Shown: one piece after another, positions 33,991 through 46,900 of the stretch | Layout of the letters: each line of letters opens with the position of its first letter | Numbering within the stretch: position 1 is the stretch's first letter | NCBI GenBank assembly: GCA_002269645.1 | Contig: NIVC01001580.1 | Span: 62,001-126,000 of the forward strand | Direction: 5' to 3' | Source: Macrostomum lignano | Taxonomy: Eukaryota | DNA length: 64,000 bases | The notes under the pieces: generated by a model | The model's input: only the letters and a program-made list of their open reading frames with translations | The model's database searches: none | What the model was told of the DNA's origin: nothing | Translations under genes and position numbers: made by a program

Positions 33991-36900
33991 ATGTCTGCCA
34001 TAGTGTCTTTTGTCTGTCTGGTTGTCTGCCTGTCTCTTTTCCTATACATTTCCCTGTGTCTGCCTGTGTCCCCCCTAGCTGTCATTGGCTCCCTGCAGTC
34101 CCTATCTAAGTGCATAAAAGTGCAGCAAGTGAGTAAACACGACTCCATCCGTCTGATCTTCAATTCTTCCCTAATCCCCTTCTCTCCCCCATCGAAGCCT
34201 TCAAAAATCCCCAAGGACTCCGATGCCAGTCTCTCCAGCTCTGCCTATGTATTAAATTTGCTAGCCAGTAGTTGCCTTAGGCTAGAAAAGCCATCTACCA
34301 TCTCCCGAAGGATCTTCTATTAAGTCTCCTTTGCCCGCCTCAGCCCCTTCACTCATTTACAGCTATTCTGTTCGTGAAGTCTAATTTTCAAAGCCAGGCC
34401 AGTCGCCCAGCACTCACCCACCCTCTTTTCCGTTCTGCAGATCCTCAATTTTTCATGCCTCTGCGCTCCTCTCAGAGTTTCTTTTCTGGCTTCACTCTTC
34501 CGTATAATTCCCAATTTCTGCAGCCAGTCTGCATGCCCGTCTGCTCGTCTGCCCACTCTGACGCTATAAAATCAGCAAGCCAGACGAACTTTTCTATAGT
34601 GTTGAATCTAGGGTTGTTTCTTTGCGTGTACTTTTTCTGCTTAGCGATCGGCTGGTAGACAGGATTAGTCATAGGGTTGCAGTGGAGTTTTTTTTGAGGG
34701 ACAACTTAAACCGTTTAGATTATGTTGGGTGTTTTCAGGGCATATTTTTTTCCAAGTTTCACGTACATGTATTACAATCTTCAGGGTCACTCCAAACCTG
34801 TGCCACAACCTTCAGAGTGCCTTCAAACCTGTGTCACAACCTTCAGAGTGCCTTCAAACCTGTGTCACAACCTTCAGAGTGCCTTCAAACCCGTGTCACA
34901 ACCTTCAGAGTGCCTTCAAACCTGTGTCACAACCTTCAGAGTGCCTTCAAACCTGTGTCACAACCTTCAGAGTGCCTTCAAACCTGTGTCACAACCTTCA
35001 GAGTGCCTTCAAACCTGTGCCACAACCTTCAGAGTGCCTTCAAACCTGTGTCACAACCTTCAGAGTGCCTTCAAACCTGTTTCACAACCTTCAGAGTGCC
35101 TTCAAAAAACCTATGTCACAACCTTCAGAGTGCCTCCAAACCTGTGCCACAACCTTCAGAGTGCCTCCAAACCTGTGTCACAACCTTCAGAGTGCCTTCA
35201 AACCTGTGTCACAACCTTCAGAGTGCCTCCAAACCTGTGCCACAACCTTCAGAGTGCCTTCAAACCTGTGTCACAACCTTCAGAGTGCCTTCAAACCTGT
35301 GTCACAACCTTCAGAGTGCCTTCAAACCCGTGTCACAGCCTTCAGGCTTCCTTCAGACCTGTTTCACAACCTTCAGAGTGCCTTCAAACCTGTGTCACAA
35401 CCTTCAGAGTGCCTTCAAACCTGTGTCACAACCTTCAGAGTGCCTCCAAACCTGTGCCACAACCTTCAGAGTGCCTTCAAACCTGTGTCACAACCTTCAG
35501 AGTGCCTTCAAACCTGTGCCACAACCTTCAGAGTGCCTTCAAACCTGTGTCACAACCTTCAGAGTGCCTTCAAACCTGTGTCACAACCTTCAGAGTGCCT
35601 TCAAACCTGTGTCACAACCTTCAGAGTGCCTTCAAACCTGTGTCACAACCTTCAGAGTGCCTTCAAACCTGTGTCACAACCTTCAGAGTGCCTTCAAACC
35701 TGTGTCACAACCTTCAGATGCCCTTCAAACCTGTGTCACAACCTTCAGATGCCCTTCAAACCTGTGTCACAACCTTCAGGTGAATGTGTACGGAGCCTCT
35801 ATCCTCCCCAATTTAATTGGCAGGTACAACATCGCCACCGGCACCCTGGAGGACCGGGCCATGATGAAGAACCTGGACTTTGAGTACGGCATATTCGATG
35901 AGGCGCACATGCTGAAGAATTGCCAGTCGAGGCGCTACAAAATGCTGATGAACTTTCGGGTGAAGCGGCGCATTCTGCTCACCGGCACCCCGCTGCAGAA
36001 CAACCTGGTTGAGCTGATGTCTCTGCTGTCCTTTGTCATTCCGGATGTCTTCAGTGCGTCTAGGCAGTGCGCTGACCTGCTCAAGAAGATGTTCAACCTC
36101 TTCTCGGTGAGTCTGCTGTGTGGCTTGAGATTGGAGCTCAGGTACTGGCGCAATGGGAGCTCGGAGAATTAGAATGGGATCTGACAATGGGGGAATCAGA
36201 ATCGGAGCTGAGAATGGGAGAATCTACATAGGAGAATCAGAATAGGAGAATCAGAATGGGAGAATCAGAATGGGAGAATCAGAATAGGAGAATCAGAATT
36301 GGAGAATCAGAATGGGAGAATCAGAATGGGAGAATCAGAATATGGTCATTTGCGGTCCCACCCCAGCGCTCGGCCACCACGGATGAGTCGTCTGCGGGCT
36401 CCGCCATGCCAGCGGCGGCAGCTGACCGGACCACCTACGAGATGGAGCGGATCCAGCACGCTAAGCGCCTGATGCGGCCCTTCTTTCTGCGCCGCACCAA
36501 AGCCCAGGTGCTCACGCAGCTGCCGGCCAAGACCGAGGAGGTCATGCTGGTCCCAATGACGGAGCGCCAGCGCCACGAGTACCAGGAACTCGTCGCCAGC
36601 CTTCGCCGACGTTTCGAAGGCGCCGGCGAGCGAGGCAGCAGCGGCGAGGTGGCGGTGAACTACATTCTGCAGCTGCGGAAGGCGGCCAACCACTGCCTGC
36701 TGCACAGGCGGGTGTACACTGACTCTCTGCTGCGCCAGATGGCCAGCAAGATGCTGAAGGACCCCGGCCATCTGCGCGCCAACGAGGACTACATCTACGA
36801 AGATCTGGCCGCGATGAATGACTTCGAGCTGCACAGGACCTGCCAGATGTACCCAGTGCTGGCTGAGCACCAGCTTGATGAGGCTGAGCACCTGCTGCTG

Positions 36901-39492
36901 TCTGGCAAGCTGGTAGCGCTAGACAGCCTGCTGCCAGAGCTCACAGCTGCCGGACATCGTGTGGCTCTGTTTAGCCAGTTTGTCATGATGCTGGACATTG
37001 TGCAGGCCTACCTGCAGCTGCGCGCAATTCGATTTCTGCGCGTTGACGGTTCCACGCCTGTGGGCGAACGGCAAGCGCTGCTGGACAGGTTTGCTGAGGA
37101 CTCCAGCATCCCCGTGTTCCTGCTCAGCACCCGGGCTGGCGGGCTGGGTGAGTTGTCTGAGTTTCTGTACCATGTCTGTCTGTACCTGTCTGTCTGTCTG
37201 TCTGTCTATCTGTATCTGTCTGTCTGTATCTGTCTGTCTGAGTGTCTGTATCTGTCTGTCTGGGTGTCTGTATCTGTCTGGTTGTCTGTATATGTCTGTC
37301 TGAGTGTCTGTATCTGTCTGTCTGAGTGTCTATCTGTCTGTCTGAGTATGTGTACCTGTCTGAGTGTCAGTATTTTTGTCTGGTTGTGTATGTCTACGCC
37401 TCACCATGCATGTGTCTGTGATCCTGCTTGCCTCTACCGCAGGAGCCGCAGCTCAGCAGTCTCTGGCGCCCTTTAGTCCGGTTTGATTATTAATAAAGTT
37501 AATCTGAGCGTAAAATGAACAGGATATGAAGATTAATTGATTTACCTATCAGAGCCCTCGGGGTTTATATGCTGTGCTTCTCCTTGGTTTATTGCAAAAT
37601 AGCTTACTTAGTATATTAACTGCCAAAACCCGCCGCCATCAATCTTAACTGCCCCGGATGTGTTTGCCTTCTTCTGAGGCCTGAATAGAAGAATTGCACA
37701 GGAAGTGGCCCCAAAATCCAGTACCAAATTAGGGAAAATATTTTAGCGCGTTGCCAGTTGGTCTGCGCAAGGTGACTTGTTTATTAGCCAAAATGTATAG
37801 AATTATATTTCATTAGAGGTTAGAAAGATATCTTTACTATAGAGTAGTCTACAGCTTCAGTATAGGGTAGTCTATGGCTTCAGTATAGGGTAGCTTATGG
37901 CTTCAGTATAGGGTAGTCTAGGCTTCAGTATAGGGTAGTCTATGGCTTCAGTATAGGGTAGTCTATGGCTTCAGTATAGGGTAGCCTATGGCTTTAGTAT
38001 AGGGTAGCTTATGGCTTCGGTATAGGGTAGTTTATGGCTTCAGTATAGGGTAGCTTATGGCTTCAGTATAGGGTAGTCTATGGCTTCAGTATAGGGTAGT
38101 CTATGGCTTCAGTATAGGGTAGTCTATGGCTTCAGTACATGGTAGTCTATGGCTTCAGTATAGGGTAGTCTATGGCTTCAGTACATGGTAGTCTATGGCT
38201 TCAGTATAGGGTTCAGGGTAGTAGTCTATGGCTTCAGTATAAGGTTCAGGGTAGTAGTCTATGGCTTCAGTATAAGATAGTAGTCTATGGCTCCAGTATA
38301 GGGCCGTCTGTGGCTTTAAAAACGAATATTCCTGACGTCAGAAAAGCTACAGAATATGGTTAGGCAACACGGTAGGAGCTAAAAGTTTAGCTGACTGCTG
38401 ACTAGTCTATCCATATTTTCATAACCTTCATACGATAGCAGAATTGCCAGCCCATAGCGCTCGCATCTCGTCAGTCTGAACTGATGCGGTTCTGCGCATT
38501 TCAGTTCCAAATAGAGGTCACAGCGAACCCAGGCCAAAAAGTCATTCCAGTTCAGTTCGGAGTCTGTCTGGCCATTTCTGCGCCAACAAATATTTCTGTA
38601 AAAGAACAGACCGTAAAGCTGCGGTGTTTGATTTTGCTTCGCTGTTCTGTCTCGGCTCTCGTGTCTCACTGTCTGTCTGTGCACTATTGCACTTTTCATA
38701 CTGCCAGCGCGTGCAATTTTACGTGGGTGGGGACAGTGTTGGAGAGAAGCGCTTGTCTGCAGGGCACAGGTGGGCATGCCTGAGAATCGTGATATAATTA
38801 ATGCGTCCCTTGCCCCCGATGCAGGCATCAACCTCACGGCAGCCGACACCGTCATCATCCACGACATTGACTTCAATCCGTACAACGACAAGCAGGCGGA
38901 GGACCGCTGCCACCGACTCGGCCAGGAGCGCCCAGTTCGAGTCATCCGCCTGCTGTCGGCGGACTCCGTTGAAGTCGGCGTGCATCGGATCGCCTGCGAG
39001 AAGCTCCGGCTAGAGAAGGACGTCGTGTCGGATGACGCTGCTCTAGGCGGCGGCGGCGGGAGCGGCAAAGCCGGCAGCGTCAGCGGCAACGGCAGCGAAG
39101 CGGCCGACCTGGAAGAGGACGCCGGCGATGCCGAAGTCGGCGGCGACGCCAACGGAGACGGTGGCGGCGGCCGGAAGCGCAGGCGGGCAGCAGCGGCGGT
39201 GAAGCGCGAGCCGCTGGTCGCCTCGCCGATCAAGAAACGCCGGCGCAGCGGCCTGACCTCCGCCGCTGAGGAGCCCGACGATGCCGCCACTGCCGCGGCG
39301 GATGCCGAGACGGCTTCAACTGCGAGCGCCACCACTGCAGCTGCCGCGACCGCCGGCTCCGCGCCATCGGGCGGAACCTCCTTGAAGTCTAGCGAGATGA
39401 TCAACCTGCTGTCGGAGTGCCTCGGCGTTGGCGGCCAGAAACCTGATGATGAAGCTGTGGAAGCTGAGGTTTCCGCTGCTGCTGCCGAGTGA
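25386..39492 (+). CDS. SMARCAD1: SWI/SNF-related chromatin remodeller SMARCAD1 (Fun30/Etl1), ~1343 aa
   Basis: Exons 25386-25653, 27763-27817, 27935-28474, 29375-29934, 31582-31757, 32420-32891, 33487-33715, 35824-36106, 36367-37147, 38825-39492 (4032 nt, all phases compatible). Two CUE-like domains ([20 protein letters not shown]; [26 protein letters not shown]). [86 protein letters not shown]. Confidence 0.95.
26578..26930 (-). mobile_element. tRNA-derived SINE, family B, in SMARCAD1 intron 1
   Basis: Reverse complement begins GGGGCCGTAGCCCAGTGGTAGCGC...GGCTCGATTCC (A and B boxes); body matches 16714-17055. Confidence 0.82.
28565..29230. repeat. 24-bp (GAGAGAGCGGAGGCACCGGTGG(A/G)T) then 25-bp variant minisatellite, SMARCAD1 intron 3
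   Basis: About 14-15 copies of the 24-mer, then GAGTGAGAGACACCGGTGGGTGTCG 25-mers, decaying to the right. Confidence 0.95.
30410..30980. repeat. 18/19-bp TGACTCA-containing minisatellite with an internal inversion, SMARCAD1 intron 4
   Basis: Units GTGACTCAGAGTGACCCA / GTGACTCAACATTGATCCA; ~30735-30795 is in reverse orientation. Confidence 0.9.
31845..32380. repeat. 21-bp minisatellite (GGTATCTAAGGACTCCGATTC-like, ~24 copies), SMARCAD1 intron 5
   Basis: 21-bp periodicity of GGTATCTAAG. Confidence 0.93.
32922..33070. repeat. 13-bp minisatellite (TTCACCCCTGAGA and variants), SMARCAD1 intron 6
   Basis: Direct reading. Confidence 0.88.
33725..34035. repeat. (TCTG)n microsatellite, SMARCAD1 intron 7
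   Basis: Direct reading; begins just after the donor site. Confidence 0.97.
34780..35779. repeat. 31-bp minisatellite (CCTTCAGAGTGCCTTCAAACCTGTGTCACAA, ~32 copies), SMARCAD1 intron 7
   Basis: 31-aa three-frame cycle in the ORF track corresponds to a 31-nt unit. Confidence 0.97.
36160..36342. repeat. 14-bp minisatellite (GGAGAATCAGAAT(G/A)), SMARCAD1 intron 8
   Basis: Direct reading, ~9-10 copies. Confidence 0.9.
37170..37400. repeat. Degenerate (TCTG/TGTA)n tract, SMARCAD1 intron 9
   Basis: Direct reading. Confidence 0.85.
37848..38302. repeat. 23-bp minisatellite (TATGGCTTCAGTATAGGGTAGTC, ~18 copies), SMARCAD1 intron 9
   Basis: 23-bp periodicity of TATAGGGTAG. Confidence 0.95.
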
Positions 39493-40917
39493 CGTCACGA
39501 GCGCATGCAGTGCTGCTGACTAATCTTATCATTGCTGTCAAATGGTTATCCGTGTATCTCTGTTGTGCTTCATCAGATGGATTGCATCGCCCATCAGTTT
39601 GTGTTTTGTTTTATTTATCATCTCTAATTAGGTTTATCGTGTCTGCTGTAATCTAATTCAACTCAGCACTTTAATCTCTGTTTGCTTCTTCGATTTTGCT
39701 GCTATGTTGTTGTGTTGCGCTGTTGCTGTCTCGATTCCGGTATAAGCTGTTGCTGTTATCAAAATTAACCTATTATTGCTTTATTTAATTGTTTAATTCT
39801 TTATTTATTTGTTTAAATTATGCAGTCAGTCTAAAAGCCGTACCGCTATGCCAGCTGTGTAAACATGCTTTTGTTATTTTAATCCTTAAATTTGTGTTGT
39901 TAGTACACCGTGTACTCTGTAGGTTTAGCAAATCCAGCAAAATGTTGCTGCTTTTATGTCCATATACTAATTTTATCAATGCGAAATTTTACTTGTCAAT
40001 GCGCGCAATACGCTGTCTAAACTATATTTAATTGAATTACAAATATAAATATTAATTGTGTGCATCAGCTAAAGTCGCAGTTACATTCACATCCTGTGCA
40101 CGCATATTATGCTGTATCAAATTATATAAAGTCGGAAACTCCAATTAATGCGTTGATTTTTTTATTTGGAACTTTTTAACGGGAACAGGATGGCACTTGA
40201 GAGCCGGGGCTTGAGTTTTATTGTTAATGTATATTATTTATAGTTGTTTTATACAGTGAACACAGACAGTTGTATGCTATATATAAGAGTATGTATACTG
40301 ATGAAGCCAGTGGTTTTAAATTACACTGAACGGCGTTACTGTATAAATGATTGCAACAGATTTATTATAAACAATAATAAGAAGTGTACCGATTGTTAGT
40401 TTAGTTACTATCCAAGTTTGGGATTATAATTACAGTTTTGATTATAGAATTAAAAGTGTGCTTCGCTGGCAAGGCATCGCATAAAGGGGGGTGGGGGCTT
40501 CAACGAATCCATTTCGAAGTAGCAACAGAAGGGACATTTAGAGGTTAAATCAGGAATGATGATGACATCAAATGGACTAGCGAATCAAATCGGGCTTATT
40601 TGTGCTGTGAGTGGATGAAGAGCGAAATGCAAATGCGAAGAGTCTGAGGAGAGCAGATTACAGATTGTGTCACAGCAACTGCTCAGTGTGAGACTCAACC
40701 GGATCGCTGTTTGTTTTAATTTCCAGTTCTGCTCTGCAGCTGACGCGACTCGCGATCGAAAATTCGAAGATGGAGTCAGAAAAATGAGAAATTCAAACAC
40801 AGGAAGGCAACAAAGCCTGTCATGAAAATTTACTGACAGCTGTCAAAACATGGCTTAAACTAAATGGAATACATCCGTTTAACAAAATCCAGTCAAGTCT
40901 GCATTTCAATCAGTGCG

Positions 40918-43900
40918 TCAGTTGGCCCGCAGGTCCTTCAAGCACACGTCGCCGTCAACAATCTCAAGCGAGACGACTGCAATCTCCTGAGACTTGCCCA
41001 GCACAGACTCGATGTCGCTGGCCTCGATGCTTGACACGGTGGCGTCGAGCGCCTTCAACCGCTCCATAGTCAGGAAGAAGATGATATTCCACGGACCTAG
41101 GCGCATACAGTTTGGCACGAGGCCTTTCCAAAGAGCTCGGAGACCTTCGGCCCGACAGGTCTGCAGCAGACAGTCCCAGCTGCTGGTGTACAGACCAGCG
41201 CCTTTGGTGCTGCAGCTGCTGTAGTGCTGATTCATCATGCGGCTCTGTGGTGAAACAAATTAGCGATGTTTTCAAACTAGCGAACTTTCCTCACTGTACT
41301 AAATCAACTACACACTGTTTACAGAGACAACTGAGGTGACCCGGGACAGCGCAAACACACACAAGGTTGATCCAGAAAACAGCTACATTTGAGCCACACT
41401 TGAGCTTTGAGCCAGGCTTTCGCGGCTGCATCTTTCATGGCTTGAATTGTCATTAAACAAGGCTCAACATAAAGGCATACACTGAAACTAAAAGCATTGT
41501 CTTTAGCAGGGGCGGGGAGTAAATAGGGGGGTTGCTGTCATGCCACTCCGGTAGAGAACGCGCAGCTACTAACAAATTCAGTAGCATAATAGGGAACGAT
41601 GCCTTGTCTCTCGTCCACTCTTTTCTCTGTATATTACCCTGCGCTAGCAGCTTTGCACTAATAATTCTAGGAAAGAGAAGGCAGAACTCCGTCCCTGCTT
41701 TTGAAAACACTCTAAACCGGTTTAGAGACCGGCCTCGGCCTCAAGACTCCGGCCCCCGGCGCAGTGAATGCAACTGCACGCGCTATACACAAGCACTCTA
41801 ATTACTTGTCAAAATGTGAGTGGAAAATTACCAAGCACGCAGTTAACGCGTGGCCAACTGGGTGGAGTAGGGGGTGGGTCCAATCCCAAACCTACTTTGC
41901 GCTCGGCTATTGAGCGTGAATCGACCTTGAAGTTCAGAGTGGAGTGGAAAATTTCTAAAAATAGAACAGAGAAAATACTGGACGGCCGCACTTGACGAAC
42001 TACTAGAGCTCTTAGCGTCACGTGCTCTGCTAGACAAACCCAACCTCTACACACTGCACGCGGCTGTTTCTTTTCCTTTCGTCCCTTCACTGCTGCAGGG
42101 CCTTCACCTCACCCTCGCCCCACCTCTCCCCCTACGCGGCGTCACTGCTGGCGTAGCTGCACCGAGGCCGTTGCAAAGCAAGCCAAAAACGGGGATGCTG
42201 CTGTGAATAATAGGCTCAGGCTTAGCCGGATTTTTAATAGATAAGCAAGCATATCCATTTACTACTCTCTTCACTGGTGGGCCGTGGTGGCTTCGTGTCC
42301 CACGCCAGGTAACTATATTTAAGCGAGCGAATGTACTTAAAGGCCATTTTGATTATATGCTTATGTTGAGCATACATATAGGCTTCCATTTTTCTATTAT
42401 CAAAACTGGAAAAACACTGGAAAGGCTTTTTTATAGATGAGAGACGACTTTATTTACCAGAATTCAACTCGAGAGTGCACTAAATATCTTTGGTAAATAG
42501 AAAACTCCTATACAGAAATTTAATTAGCATTTAAAATACAGAAAAATGAAAGATTTATGCAACAACTCACCTTGATAACGTCAATAGGGTTGCACGCTGC
42601 AGCGCTGGCCACCCCAGCCCCAATGCTGGACCTGCGGAATAGCAAAATACATGGTAAAAACCTATAATTAATGCAACAACAGCACGCATGCTAATAATAT
42701 CAGCAGCATTTATGGAAAGAAACACAGACTCAGTACGGAATATTCTGCAAGCACCCAAAAACCCGGCTTAAAGTTGACAGACACAGCTGCAAAAAGAGTA
42801 AACCCCACGACAGATAAGATAAAAAAGGAGGTCACAAACTTTTTATAAGTTTTCTTGTCGGTGACCGTGGGCGGGAGGGGAGGTAGGTTTTACATTCTGC
42901 AGTAACCAATTTTAGTACATTGTTTACCATAAAATGAAAGTCAAATGTCACTGCAGCAGGAGACAGTCAAATGTCACTGCAGGAGACAGTCAAATGTCAC
43001 TGCAGGAGACAGTCAAATGTCACTGCAGGAGATAGTCAAATGTCACTGCAGGAGACAGTCAAATGTCACTGCAGGAGACAGTCAAATGTCACTGCAGGAG
43101 ACAGTAAAATGTCACTGCAGGAGACAGTCAAATGTCACTACAGGAGACAGTCAAATGTCACTACAGGAGACAGTCAAATGTCACTGCAGGAGACAGTCAA
43201 ATGTCACTGCAGGAGACAATCAAATGTCACTGCAGGAGACAGTAAAATGTCACTGCAGGAGACAGTAAAATGCCACTGCAGGAGACAGTCAAATGTCACT
43301 GACAGAACACAGTAAAATGCCACTGCAGGAGACAGTCAAATGTCACTGCAGGAGACAGTCAAATGTCACTGCAGGAGACAATCAAATGTCACTGCAGGAG
43401 ACAGTCAAATGTCACTGCAGGAGACAGTCAAATGTCACTGCAGGAGACAGTAAAATGTCACTGCAGGAGACAGTAAAATGCCACTGCAGGAGACAGTCAA
43501 ATGTCACTGACAGAACACAGTAAAATGCCACTGCAGGAGACAGTCAAATGTCACTGCAGGAGACAGTCAAATGTCACTGACAGAACACAGTAAAATGTCA
43601 CTGACAGAACACAGTCAAATGCAGACACAATCAATGAATTACTCACACAAAATGGCAAACACCGCCATCTTTGAGCAGCTGATGCCTGGTAAGGAACCGT
43701 TTAGCAGCCTCATAGGTAGGCAGTTGAACACTGCAGATCAGAGTTGCCCGCTGCGCCGTAGGTCCTGTACCGCGCCAAAGGCCTCGCAGGCCCTCCTCCC
43801 GGTAGATGGTTCGGAAAATGTTAATTAACGAGCCGGTGTACCGGTTGCTAGGGCAGAGGCCGCTAGCCTGCAGGCGGACTTTCAGCACATCAGTTGGTGT

Positions 43901-46900
43901 AGCGCAACAGCTGCTCACGGTGCCAGCAACCGCAGCACACATGATGTTGTTCAGCATGGTGTCTTTCGGCGCGAACGGAATTGAAGCGGCCGCGTGCGGT
44001 TTCAAACTCTCGTAGATGCCCACCTTGATGGTGCCGTAGCTGGCCTGTCGGATCAGAGCCACGGACAACCTGAATGCGGGAAAAATATCCCGTGGAAGGA
44101 TAGCGGGGAGCTGGTCAGATCAGATGCTCAGTAAGTCTAGCAACAGTGAATCGTCAAGATACACGCCAGTTAACAGCAGATTGGTTAATTCATTCTGCAA
44201 TGCCTAATAAATCTGCTGCTGCTTAACGCTCAAACTCTCTATCTTATTAATCCATTTTTAGCCTAAATCCTGAGCACGAATCCACTGAATTGATTTGAGC
44301 TGAGCGGTAAACGAAATGAGCAGCAGATATTTCTTTCCGTCTTTCTCGTTCTCAAGACAAAAAAACTTAAAACGTATCGATCAAGATATTAGGAAGCGAT
44401 GTAACTTCACTTTGGCGACTAGTCTCGAATGAGAATTTTTGTACCCACAATTTTGTCTAAGACTGTTTGCTCCAGTTCCACTAATTTCATCATCAGACAG
44501 CATGGCTTCTGAGCCCTATACTGAGTAAATTATTAATCATAGCTAAGCTAACTTTGCTGTCCGTGTCTTTTTGAAAAACAAATCCAATTTGAATCAACTG
44601 CCAAAAACGCATTTCATTGGCCTCTGGTGCTGCGATTAGCTTGATCAAATCAGATGCACTTCTCATCGATGAAGAAGAGTAACACCGCAGGACTTGCTGA
44701 TTGTCAAGAATGATACTAAAGAGCAGGCATTTGAAGACCCGTAAGTAGACGAGATGTTCGCAAGACAATAATCATAAGCTTCTAAGACAAAAAGCGGCTG
44801 GCAAAAATAACTCTTGCTTGGCGTATAAATATGCATAATTTGATGTTCGACATGCGTTGGTCTTATTGGAATTAGGTTACAGATGCTGCTGATGTTGCGT
44901 CATGGCAATCCATGGAAGCTTAAAGCAGACGGTGTGTCCTGACAACCTTGTACCTTATACCTTGACAAGCCGGCTGACCTAATCAAGCAGACAGCAGCAC
45001 AAAAGGCGACAATGCGCTTTTTAAAAAATAAATCGAAATTTACATGTGTATGTGAATCAACTAGGCCCTAGGCACTAAATCCTAGACATAGAGGAAGCAT
45101 GTATGTTAGGCAATAAAGAATAGCCCAATTGATATTAAGTACATGTAGCAGAGAGTGCTTGATCCTCACTCCACCGAGGCTCTCAAAGTCCTCGGCTTCT
45201 GATAAAATAGCCCCACATAGCCACTGACAGCCAGTTGAGCATTGGTTGCGCCGGGATTCAGGATTGTGCCAATTTCCTGCAATAGAGAACAATTAGCAAT
45301 GAAGAATGGCAATTGCAGCTCCAAATAATTTGCTTTCTTGATAATTAATTTGCTATAATAGTCATGCACTTTGTGCAAGAACATGGACAATTGTTAATCT
45401 GGTTTTAAAGCTCATAAGTAAGCAAGCAAGGTTGCTACTTGTGAGTTTAACAAAAATTAAATTAAAATTTTGATTTGTGATTCAAGTTTTGCACTTTATT
45501 TGGAGCTTTTTTATTTAATAGTTGCACAATTTAAAGCAATTAAATAGAGTAAAATTTAAATCAAATACAGAATTAAGCAATTTAAATGCCAAAAAATCAA
45601 AATGCAATCAAAGAAAATTATGTACAAATAAAAGTATTCATCTACCCTAAGTTTAACTTGAATAAATTTCAAACGCTGACAATAAGATTTTTATTCTTCT
45701 TGTGTTTCAAGGATGCCTTAATCCAATGATTATTAAATGAAAATTCCAAAACACTTGACATTTTCCATGTGCCAGTAGTTCTTTCGTACCTTACAAAGTA
45801 TTAGCAAAGCTGCTAATTGGAATTGTGGATTTGAGATATGGAAGTTATATGGTATTCCATATATAAAAACCTTCCTGAAAGAAGAAATGGAATTGGATTT
45901 TGGATAATAGAATGTTATACTTATTTTATTACCTTTGTAGTTTCTTGTCTGTATTTTTTATTAGTAATTTTGACTTTAAACCTTCCTGAAGAATATATAG
46001 GAATAAATTTGTGACCTTTATGAAGTATTGTGCTTGTGTTTTCCAATAGTGGTATTGATTTTGTACCCCCCAGAAGGAAATAAAGGAGTTAAAGGATTGG
46101 AATTTTTGGTGAATTTTCAATAATAATTGTATTTTAACATATCTTCACTTAAGCATTAATATAATACTATGCTTTAAATGCTGACTATAAAAGATTTGTA
46201 CAATTTTTAAGGTCTATACACTTTAATAAAAGCTAAAGGTAATAAAATAAATCTTAAATAACCTTCTATCTAGGCCTACTACTTTGAAAACCTTTAAATT
46301 CAAATTTATTGTTTTTATGTACAATAATATACATAATATTTAAATAAGACAATTTTTATACACTTTCACACTAATTTAAAAACAAACTTTATGAAAATAG
46401 CTATTATTATTCAGATTTGATTCCAAAAAAAAGATTAGAGAGGTACATTGAATTTATTGAAATCTATGATTCTGAGATTATAGAAATGGATCAAGATCTA
46501 TATTTAATATTTAAGCATTAGATGGAATTTTGATTGGACAGAACTTCTTGGGATTGGGATCAATCCTATATTGTAAAACTAAAGTTAACCTTTACTTGGG
46601 GAACCCTAAATATACTATAAAGCTAGCCAGATTCTTGAAGTCTTTATCAAAATTAGCAAATATATTTCTAAATATTGCATTGGCAAATAATAAATACTAT
46701 AAAATCATTCAATTAGAATTACAAATAGTTAATTGAAAACAAACCAGAAAAATTAAAAAAACAGAAAGATAATTATTACATACCCTTTAAACAATGCTTT
46801 GTGGCCTTCGTCCAAACATATCTTGTAGAATGTGTGAAGCATCCCTTTATATCTACATGCTACAATTTCACTTGCAGTTTGCCTTTGGCCTTGAACCATC

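Noticed and set aside
34622-35823. 350-516-aa ORFs through the 31-bp array
   Set aside because: The stop-free repeat unit opens all three frames; conserved SNF2 sequence is continuous (LLTT|YNIA) when the region is spliced out.
44480-45340. Possible nested or alternative exons in carrier-gene intron 2
   Set aside because: Short frames with stops; the carrier sequence is complete without them.
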